The notes beneath the pieces were generated by a model. The model was given only the letters and a program-made list of their open reading frames with translations, was not told where the DNA came from and ran no database searches. Shown here in pieces: positions 55,801 to 62,135 of a stretch of 62,135 nucleotides of DNA. Source of the stretch: an uncultured Planctomycetales bacterium. GTDB taxonomy: Bacteria; Omnitrophota; Gorgyraeia; Gygaellales; Profunditerraquicolaceae. Within the stretch, counting starts at the first letter, position 1. Every line of letters begins with the position of its first letter. The stretch covers positions 62,001 to 124,135 of the forward strand of contig CAZAPM010000005.1 in the NCBI GenBank assembly GCA_964487475.1, read 5' to 3'. The position numbers and the translations under genes are program-made.

Positions 55801-58800
55801 TCTTCCTGTAGCTTCAACTGTTGAGGGATCAAGCCCGGCGGGACCTGTCAAAGAAAGGTTGAGCGATCATTTGGTCAGAGAGATATCTGAAAGATTGAGT
55901 CAGCCTTGTAGTGCTGAATTATTTAAGTGGTTGTTTGGTTTGCTTTCGTATTCTGAAGTGGTCCACGAGACAAAGACAGAAGAGCAGGATGACTATTTGT
56001 CTATGCCCGAAGGGATATATCCTTTTACTGTCAAAGAAAATGTAGATGTGACCATAGATTATGGCAGTATGGTTAGGGACGCCGCTTGGATTGCGTTGGC
56101 TAAGCTGACCGAGAACAAAGAGCACATTGGGGAGCTTCCTCCTAACTTTGGCAGTCTGATTCCGTCCGTCCATTCATTTAACACTCCCGCAGCGTTTACG
56201 TTCCTAAAGAATATCGGGGAGTTAGCCCGGCCGATGCTTAGAGTTATCATATCTGGAAATGTCGATACCTCTTGGAAGTATACAGCTTATGATTTGCTCA
56301 TTAAGTTGGGGAACGTTGATGAGGATTCGATAGCCGCTATTCTTTCGCTGAAGGTTGCTGTTCAGGCAGAATGGGGAGTAGGCTCTGAATCGTTACAGAA
56401 TGAGTTGGTTGCTTTTGGGGCAAGGTGTGTTCCCATCGTTGAGCCCCTTCTGAAGTCCAATGGTGGGGCAAGAAAAGCAGCGTTTGATGTGCTTAGCAGG
56501 GTTGGTGGGTTAACAGGGGAGCATAGGGTTGCGAAATATACTGCTGACATTGAAGATGTAATAAACGGTATCTCTGGGGCGGCCGAGGTTTTGAGCGCGG
56601 AATTTGCCGCTCCCGAAATAAGAGGTCTCTTGAATGAGAGGGCTGAAAGAATATGGATTGCCGCAAAGGCTGGTAATTCCGGTGCAAGGAATTTGTTAGT
56701 TCATGTATCCGATGCGGTCGTTCCTTTGATTGAGAAAGAGCTTGAATCTGAAGATGGGCAAAAAAGACAGGTGGCACTTGATGCATTAACGATGTTAGGC
56801 GATTTGACTCCGGAAAGAGCGCGCAAAGCGCATGTCGCCGGCCTCAAAGTTCAGATACGTGGAGTTGATGCACAGCAACGAATTGCGGCACTAAATGAGC
56901 TGAATAGTTTGGGTGAAATTTCACCTGCGCTTATTGCGGCAAAGCAGGCACGCGATATAGCAGAGGCTGCTCATTCAGACGTTGCTCTGGATCAGGTGCT
57001 TGCGGTGCAGCCGATGGGTGATGCGCAGTTAAAGAGGCTTACCGAGTTGCTCTTAGATGATTCGCAGGAGAGACAAAGAAGGATTAGGATATTTGAGCAC
57101 CTGATGCAGCATAAAGCAATCGTTAATTATACCATAAAATGCTTATCGATTAGATATGCAGAAGGCGATCTTTTGTCCGCATATTTTATTCATAAATCTG
57201 GAACGCAATTTATCAATACTGTATTATTTGATTATCAGCAAGGCCGGTTTTCTCGTTCGACGTATCTGAATCGGAGGAGTTTTAGGTGGGAACCAATCTC
57301 TGATTCGCAGGTTCTTGAGATGTTGGTGATGATGGGTCTGATGGCTTCAGATGTGGAATCAGCAATAAGGGTATTGTTAGGAAGAAGAGAGCTTGATAAG
57401 GCAATAGCACTTTCTAGGGCGGTTAATGTAGATATCCGTAGAGAATTGATCGAAATATATTTATCGTTGAACCGCTTTGACGAAGCGATAGCGCTTTCAA
57501 AGGAGATTAATGTTGACTTGCGCCCCGAGCTATCTAGGATTTTGATTCAGATAATTGTAAATAGCTGGAAAAACGTTGGCTTAAATGTTGATATCCAAAC
57601 AGTAACACATACGCCTTCGTTTGATACCACGGCATTTCATTATCCGGGGGTCTGTATATCAATTGAAGAAGAGGAGGAGTTGTGTAAGCCCTGGGATACT
57701 ACTTCAGATGTAAATGATGGATTGAGAAAAGAGGCAAGAAAGAATATATTGGATGCCATTGAATTATATAAAAAATATGGCCTGGATTTGGCTCCGGTAA
57801 TAACAATGATGAGGAATTCGTTAGCTTCAGAGAATAAATTCCATGCTGAATTTGGGCAGCAAGTGTTGAGTCTGATCGATAAAGATGAAAAACAAGGTCC
57901 TATCGTAAAGCAGGTTGTAAAGGGGAGCCTTTATTATGAAGATGAGCTTAAGAACACAAAGGGTGAGCCTGTTAAGCTTGAGGATAAGCAAACACTGATT
58001 GTTGAGTTGAGGGGAGGCAAGGATAACTCGTTCTCGGTTTTCACTATGCCTAAGAATGATGGGGATAAAAAGAAGGCACGTTTTGCCGCTATCCAGGCTG
58101 CGCTGAAGGCGGTTATGGATAAGCTTACCGATGAATCTACCCCGAATCCGCTTTCTAAGGGGGTTGCAGCCGGTGTTAAGGTCAGGGTTGTAACGAACGC
58201 CAAGCGTACGGCTTTTGTCGAGCAGGGAGTGATCGTGCTTGACGAAATACTTTTTCAGAATCAGGCGTTGCTGCTTATGGAGTTTGAGCATGAGCTTCGT
58301 CATATTATCCAGGGTACGGTCGTATATCGCGCACCTCCGACCCTCGAAGAGCTCTCCGTTATCGCTAAGGAAGTTGAAAGATTTGTTTCTCTCCCTGATG
58401 CAGAACAGGAAAGTGTTCTGACCTTCCTCAAAAATACCTCCGGACTTGATTCAAAGCATTTTTCTGCGATTCTCGAAGCCGCCCAGGCGATCAAGAAAGC
58501 GGATGAAGATAATAAGCCGTCCCTGAAAGAACAGTTCTTTGCGGAGCTTATCGCTTATGTGAGATCCGCTTATCCGAACCACTCCGTTTTCTTTGCGGGC
58601 AAGTCGGCCACGGAAATTAAGGTTGAGCTGGCTTCTTGGGAGAATCCCATCCTGATGTACGTCACGGCAAGGTTTGCGACCAGGGATATTCAGTCTCCCA
58701 TCGGACACGTCGCTACCAAGACCTGGTTTGAGGCCTGGCAGGCGATGGTAGACGCTAAAGTCGAGGCTACCGGATTGATCCGCCGCGTTCCTTCGGGCAC

Positions 58801-61800
58801 CGGTTCGATGTCGGTAAAAGGATCGAGAAACTTCGCGCTTACCTATTTAATGGAGGGTATGCCGGTCGAGGTTTTGGAAGCCAAGATGAAGGATATCCTG
58901 ACCGACGTCAAGAAGGCTTTCGAGGATGCCAATCCCGAAGTCACTCTGGAAATGAACCTCGTGCATCTGCCGCTTCCGCAGACCGAAGCGGAAGTAAGGC
59001 AGGTCTATGAGTCCCTGCCGTTCGCCCAATTGAAGCCTGCGATGTACGTAGGATCTGTGGTGCCTGGGGTAGCGATCGACAAGTGTGAGTACCCAGTGGT
59101 TTTTGACGAGAAAGACTGCCCTATTGATCGAAGAGCAATTCCCGATGCAAAGAAAAAGAATATCGTGGCTTATCTTGATCTTGCTTCTGCGAAATTTGGT
59201 ATTCCGTATGTGCTAGTCGAGCGTAAAGGCGCAATCGCATTCATGAATAGGGGCACCGGAGTGGTTGAGATCGATATAGGGCTTGCAGCAAATGCGCCTG
59301 CGTTTAAGTCTAGATCAAAATCAAAGACTCTTAGTGCATCGTACGCATTCCGGGTTTTAGTTGAAGATATTTTCCGACATGCTAGGGCATATGAGCGTGG
59401 TGATGATGAGCATTCAATCTGGGAACAGAGCGCAGAACACTATAAGAACAATGTCGATGAGTTCTTCGCTATCACTGAGGCTTTGACCGGCGGGGCATAT
59501 GGTCTTATTAAGGACGCGAAATTCGGGTTTACGGCCATAAATACTGGGAAAAAAGATCCGAATGTTGTGGCTGATGGCGCTGCAGCAACGTATCTTACTC
59601 TCTTGAGAATAACTGTTTCATTGCGTCGTTTTCAAGAGGTTCAGAATAAGATTATCGAGAAATATAAAGGTAACCCTCGGAAGCAGCAGAAAAAGATACA
59701 TAAGTATATGCGGAGGTTCAATTGGCTGAGAGGTCGTGATCCTAAGAAATCACCTGAATCCCAAAAAGCTTTCAATCCTCAGTGGCCAGATGCATTCAAA
59801 TATCCCGTCCAGTCTCAGTGGCTGATGACAGTGGATGAGTTTAAGAGGGTTGTCGAGTATTATGTCGGCGCACGCGGTAATATGCTCGAGCTCGCCAATA
59901 GGCTGTCCGTTACAAGAGCACATAATGCTGTAGTGTATGCCAAGGTTAGGAGCATGTTTGCGAAGGTCATACTGTTGCATAAGAAGCTTCTTGCTGTACA
60001 CAAGCGAAGTGACCTTATCGCGAAGATTTCCAAGAAGATCAATGCGGTTAAAAGAGGCAACCTTAGCGCTTCTATTAATGCAGTTCATGAGTCAGTGATA
60101 TTTGACCTGCGTGCGTTGAGGGATGCAGTGGGAGACGAGGGTGCAGTTGAAGCAGAGCTTTATACCCTTATTGGCGGTAAGAGAAGCAATGATCCTGCCA
60201 AGAAGGAATTTGATCCGAATTGTCTGATTCATGTAATAAAAGAAGAAATGAAGCATTTCAAGTTCGCCGTGATCGTGGGTATGCGTTCGGAAAAGGGCCG
60301 CATATGCCCCATGTCTTCGGAAGATCCGTTCGGCGAGGACTCCTTGTATGCGAAGGTCCGTCAGCACGAAGAGCTTTGTGAGGGTACCGGTATTACCTGG
60401 GAGTTGATCTTGGATACCCAGAACTCCCCGGATAAGAGCGACGAGATCGTTAAAACGCTGTGCAAGGAAGATCGTATGAAGGAGTACTACGAGAACAAAC
60501 AGATCGTGGTGCTTACCATTTCCGAACCCGGGCCTACCATGGGTAAGGGCGGCAAGGTGACTTATGGTATGAATTATGCGGTTTCTTCAAGCGATGAGCA
60601 TCCGGTGCCTGCCGAGATCGTATTCTACACCGATGCCGACACCGCAGTCGATATGAGACACTCGGGCCTGCTCATGGGTGCTATGGCGCGCGCTTCGATC
60701 GTGAGGGCGCTTGTTGCCCACTTGCTTCCTAAGAAAGACAATGTGTTGCTTCCCGGCCCTATAAATGATTTCGTTGATAATCTCACTTTTGATGATTTGG
60801 AGGCTGATTTAGAGGCGATTTGTAATGAGTATCATATTGCGCAGCCTTGGTTCCGCATTGTCTTTTTTGACCCCAAAGGCAATCTTTACAAGAGTTTCTC
60901 TGATGCAAAGGTAAAACAGAAATTTGAAGGAGCTAAACAGGCGTTTGAAAGAATCAAGCAAGAGCCTGGGCAAACTGAGCAGGCGATCGAAAAAGCCAAA
61001 AGGGAGTTTGAAAAAGCTAAGCAGGAATTTGAAAATGCCAAAGCCGGTCTAAAGAACGCTATCGCAAATCATATTAACATGATTTCTATGTACTATGAAA
61101 GTTGCGAAAAGCTCATCGATGATTTCGTTAAGGATAATGCAGTAAAAATTTCGCTTTCGGCTTTACTGAAGACCGAGCCTGATATGAGTAATATCGTTAC
61201 TTTTGGTTCACGTTTCCCTGCATCCCTCGGCATCAACGGTTTCGCTATGCCCGGGCTTGATACATCGCCCGTTGCTGAAGAGAACGTGGTCAACCAGGCC
61301 GGCAAGGCGGTTAATCAGCAGTATCTTTTCCGTGAGGTCAGCTTCGAGGCTAGGGTCAAGGAGACCCAGTGTGGGTTCAAGGCGTATCCTCGCAAGATTG
61401 CTGCCGCGATCATGCCTATGATGCAGGATACCACCTTTTCCTTCGACACCGAGATGTTCAATCTGGCGTACCATGCGGGTGCGCAGTTCCGCGAGGTCGG
61501 AATCTTCTGGTCGGATTCCGCGGCTGATGCGTCCGGTACCAGCACCACCGAGCGCTGGAACATGTTCAAGGCGTGGATCGGACAGTATAAGAGATTCGCC
61601 AAGGTGCGCGGGTTCAAGACCATGCATGATGAGGATCTGGCGAAGCTCGAGCTGGCAGTGGATAAGGGCCTGGCCATGGCGCGCGCAAAAGAGAATACTC
61701 TGGACGTTGCCCGCGATATCGTGGAGTGGGGCAAGGGCCTGCCGAGCGCCGAGGTTACCTATAAGAATAGCTTCCTGGGCATCGATCCCCGCAAGGGAAC

Positions 61801-62135
61801 GAGCAAGGTGAATATCGACACCAAGGTTTCGGTGTGCCGTACCACCGCGGGTGAAGTGATCTTAAGCGCTGCGGAGCACCTGAAGTCCCGCCGCGAAGCG
61901 GCATTGGCGTCCCTGCAGGACCGTGAATCCTTCATGCTCGGGACCGATGCGCCGGTGGCTGCTCCTAAGGCGGCTAAGGTAAGCGTTGAGGCCCGCCAGC
62001 AGAACGTTGCATTGGTCTCCAGGGTCACCGGCCGCACCGTTTCGACAGCCGAAGAAGCAGCCGCGGCATATATCGCGTATCTGCGTTGGGCAGCGGGCGC
62101 GAACGCTGGTGCGCTGACCTTCACCCCCGAAGAGG
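10875..62135 (+). CDS. Giant multidomain protein (about 17,000 aa or more, 3'-truncated, interrupted by three assembly gaps)
   Basis: No stop from 10875 to the gap at 33746. After that gap, protein-like sequence resumes at 33848 (APAVAPAP...KFDNDLYNAENAL) and is still in the same frame at 62102-62134. The ORF track lists no terminated long + ORF there, consistent with an open frame. The track's stop at 33977 results from the arbitrary 100-N gap length. Continuity across the gaps is inferred. Confidence 0.75.
11340..11807 (+). other. C39-family cysteine peptidase domain ending in a double-glycine-like motif
   Basis: PCGTKAL (Cys162), FIAHLDGDHYVLVTKV (His251), VYFTD (Asp267), FLERFSGFAL, then ETIGDAAAKTVLGA|F. 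Confidence 0.75.
13542..15709 (+). repeat. Long internal protein repeats of about 310-320 aa (2 full + 1 partial)
   Basis: Units start GMLSLTYLNKPFV (13542), GMLSLTFLSNPHV (14496) and GMLIESFFKAPMV (15420). Shared motifs FD(K/R)VAxY, TxFQSTEA, PI(M/L)PEG, DSDTLVSYGV/GSDTLVAYGV. Confidence 0.8.
15710..15809. other. Assembly gap (100 N)
   Basis: Run of exactly 100 N. Confidence 0.99.
16720..17990 (+). repeat. About 7 tandem beta-rich repeats of ~62 aa (186-bp period in the core)
   Basis: Consensus GKVTLTPxxEYxVTFDExGxSHIAAGTRFKGSDGLVYxVGAxEMFEVVGGS; copies at 17292, 17478 and 17664. Confidence 0.9.
19440..23090 (+). other. About 1,200-aa Gly/Ala-rich region with many hydrophobic helices (membrane-inserting-like)
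   Basis: Repeated small-residue helices such as VGIGAAVGLGVKG, AVGTGVGALA, AVAAGTGFALASGALMLG. Confidence 0.55.
26390..26760 (+). other. GHKL/HATPase_c domain resembling RsbT/RsbW anti-sigma kinases
   Basis: N box VINELWSNVYKYG, G1 box VRVKDKGPGF, G2 box GTPGMGY. Confidence 0.7.
27801..27931 (+). promoter_or_regulatory. Two long RNA hairpins forming a structured leader inside the giant ORF
   Basis: Hairpin 1: GAGCCGCA..GCTCTTCCT / AGGAA..AGAGC..TGCGGCTT (27801-27855). Hairpin 2: GTTGTAAA-T-GGGCGCTCC-GCAGAAGT / ACTTCTGC-C-GGGGCGCCC-TTTACAAC (27858-27931). The SD follows immediately. Confidence 0.65.
27947..28225 (+). CDS. Nested 92-aa hypothetical protein in an alternative frame within the giant ORF
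   Basis: SD AAAGGAG 7 nt before ATG. Host-like codons (ttc, atc, ggc, ctg, cgc). Globular-looking product MCTIKFEELEFDHMVEFIKDSTVFLSGRE..., while the giant frame here reads as Ser/Ala-rich linker. Confidence 0.65.
   Translation: MCTIKFEELEFDHMVEFIKDSTVFLSGRESGSGKVRLFLIHEDTGNVYTRNGRVDSWEELEGNFRDAVVSRLYAFRDRIPVYRVNGTHEVHA
28770..29090 (+). other. Phosphodiester glycosidase (NAGPA-like) domain, divergent
   Basis: GPMAIVNGK...NFLGITREGYVVLIKTEG...GMDIAKKALALGVVEGAFIDGGAT, compared with the family pattern GP.L..G / AIGI..DG / LGA..A.NLDGGGS. Confidence 0.6.
29463..30000 (+). other. LysM + L,D-transpeptidase (YkuD) domains
   Basis: YKIAEGDTLGKIARKFNTT...N...IIAGRTLEIP; VGTG...TPAGDF; catalytic FH-x12-SHGCIRM (His 29877, Cys 29925). 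Confidence 0.9.
30430..31110 (+). other. Lysozyme/lytic-transglycosylase-like domain with an inserted LysM-like domain
   Basis: LMATAIQESDL...GMWQV (ES and GxxQ motifs); HTIKKGDSLESVTREY...ILTPGAKMKV; ends ...WYENYN. Confidence 0.55.
31373..31472. other. Assembly gap (100 N)
   Basis: Run of exactly 100 N. Confidence 0.99.
33420..33742 (+). other. M23 (LytM-like) metallopeptidase domain
   Basis: FGAR...HQGVD (HxxxD), GTPVYAV, YGNVVMIEH, YAH, VARGQ, GRSGN, MLHFEIR. Confidence 0.9.
33746..33845. other. Assembly gap (100 N) causing an apparent frameshift in the giant ORF
   Basis: Run of exactly 100 N; the coding frame differs on either side. Confidence 0.99.
33848..62134 (+). CDS. Gap-free distal segment of the giant ORF (9,429 codons, absent from the ORF track)
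   Basis: Frame checked at many points (34721, 35006, 44969, 47459, 48362, 50768, 58289, 60632, 62102), all congruent mod 3. Strong GC3 bias in this frame produces the long antisense shadow ORFs. Confidence 0.9.
34367..35170 (+). other. Clan-A glycoside hydrolase TIM barrel (GH2/GH5-like)
   Basis: VLVNGKPFY, NAVRTY, FELGNEYN (acid/base Glu 34727), VDMVGINSY, PMYFAEHGA (nucleophile Glu 35006), FMSFED...WG. Confidence 0.75.
38150..39700 (+). other. Long coiled-coil stalk
   Basis: Heptad-rich segments such as NLAAAQQNLTRAEGRIAEEIAKE and AKLSSAQQGVASAQANVTSATRGLNNL. Confidence 0.6.
39840..40730 (+). other. Outer-membrane beta-barrel-like region
   Basis: Consecutive amphipathic strands with aromatic ends: FFVQLSGGAQF, YTSFAFG, WKWDVFVRPEY, YPYVGAEGQVKV, TSVGARAMY, VEVHYGMNW, YGMTFGPVASF. 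Confidence 0.45.
44900..45240 (+). other. HExxH zinc-metalloprotease-like module, copy 1
   Basis: ITLDRRLL..LLGLELTHEINH...EEVAIILAEVRSFLNL (His 44969). Confidence 0.55.
45790..49715 (+). other. Polytopic FKS1/callose-synthase (GT48)-like glucan synthase domain
   Basis: TM bundle, cytosolic domain, TM bundle. Collinear motifs: VEYSE, WEQFVED, FWMNHRCQTVYKTI, GK, YDAD, YVFMKD, GEDVF, GH, SED, LGHGAE, KWAAG. Confidence 0.7.
50750..51370 (+). other. CCA-adding/poly(A) polymerase-like nucleotidyltransferase head domain, preceded by HEAT-like repeats
   Basis: PFGGTLRDWVL...GDIDVLV (GGxxRD...DxD); EGTKEDLENKVL. Confidence 0.65.
51400..51610 (+). repeat. 33-bp tandem repeat encoding the linker (AKAGTGAAPQA)n
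   Basis: About 4 near-perfect plus 2 degenerate copies, e.g. gccggtacgggtgccgctccgcaggcggcgaaa. Confidence 0.85.
52400..52950 (+). other. Degenerate GGDEF-like domain
   Basis: FYLAFADIDDMTLYHEAFGKH (compare LLxxDIDxFKxINDxxGH); KWMEDESFILI in place of RxGGDEFxI; later FSISVAGV. Confidence 0.55.
58200..58600 (+). other. HExxH zinc-metalloprotease-like module, copy 2
   Basis: IVLDEILF..LLLMEFEHELRH...EELSVIAKEVERFVSL (His 58289); aligns with copy 1. Confidence 0.55.
60251..61600 (+). other. GT2 glycosyltransferase of the dolichyl-phosphate glucosyltransferase type, split by an insertion
   Basis: WELIL..NSPDKS, GKGG, FYTDAD, FGSR, ETQCGFK, FSFDTE, REVGIFW. Confidence 0.8.

Noticed and set aside
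60690..61195. GT2 insertion as an intein
   Set aside because: No intein-type splice-junction motifs, such as a C-terminal His-Asn followed by Cys/Ser/Thr, were seen.
1..62135. tRNA, rRNA, transposase or integrase genes
   Set aside because: None recognised; the window is almost entirely + strand coding sequence.

Overview
All well-supported genes in this 62 kb window are on the + strand, and the scaffold has three 100-N placeholder gaps (15710-15809, 31373-31472, 33746-33845). (1) 1-7936: the end of an operon of Tad/Flp-type prepilin-like genes (TadE-like, TadG-like, Flp-like) plus two exported proteins, closed by a terminator. (2) 8010-10347: promoter, c-di-GMP-I riboswitch with overlapping terminator, and a 718-aa Sec-exported protein. 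(3) 10659-end: a second promoter and c-di-GMP-I riboswitch, then a giant reading frame from 10875 that runs off the right edge (about 17,000 codons if the gaps hide no stop). The ORF track misses the last part: after the third gap the frame resumes at 33848 and appears open to 62134 (9,429 codons). Domains read by eye, in order: signal-like segment, C39 peptidase followed by a double-glycine-like GA site, beta-rich repeats, a Gly/Ala hydrophobic region, an HATPase-like domain, a phosphodiester glycosidase-like domain, LysM + L,D-transpeptidase, lysozyme-like domains, M23 peptidase, a clan-A glycoside hydrolase, coiled coils, a beta-barrel-like region, HExxH modules, an FKS1/callose-synthase (GT48)-like synthase, a CCA/poly(A)-polymerase-like nucleotidyltransferase, a degenerate GGDEF, HEAT-like repeats and a DPG-synthase-like GT2. 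This layout resembles the giant-gene loci known from Omnitrophota (inference). Highlights are a probable self-cleavage site matched exactly by the paralog's signal-peptide site, an out-of-frame nested gene with its own RBS and structured leader, and a bacterial FKS-like synthase fused with a glycosidase and a barrel-like region. All domain calls come from manual motif recognition; no searches were run.
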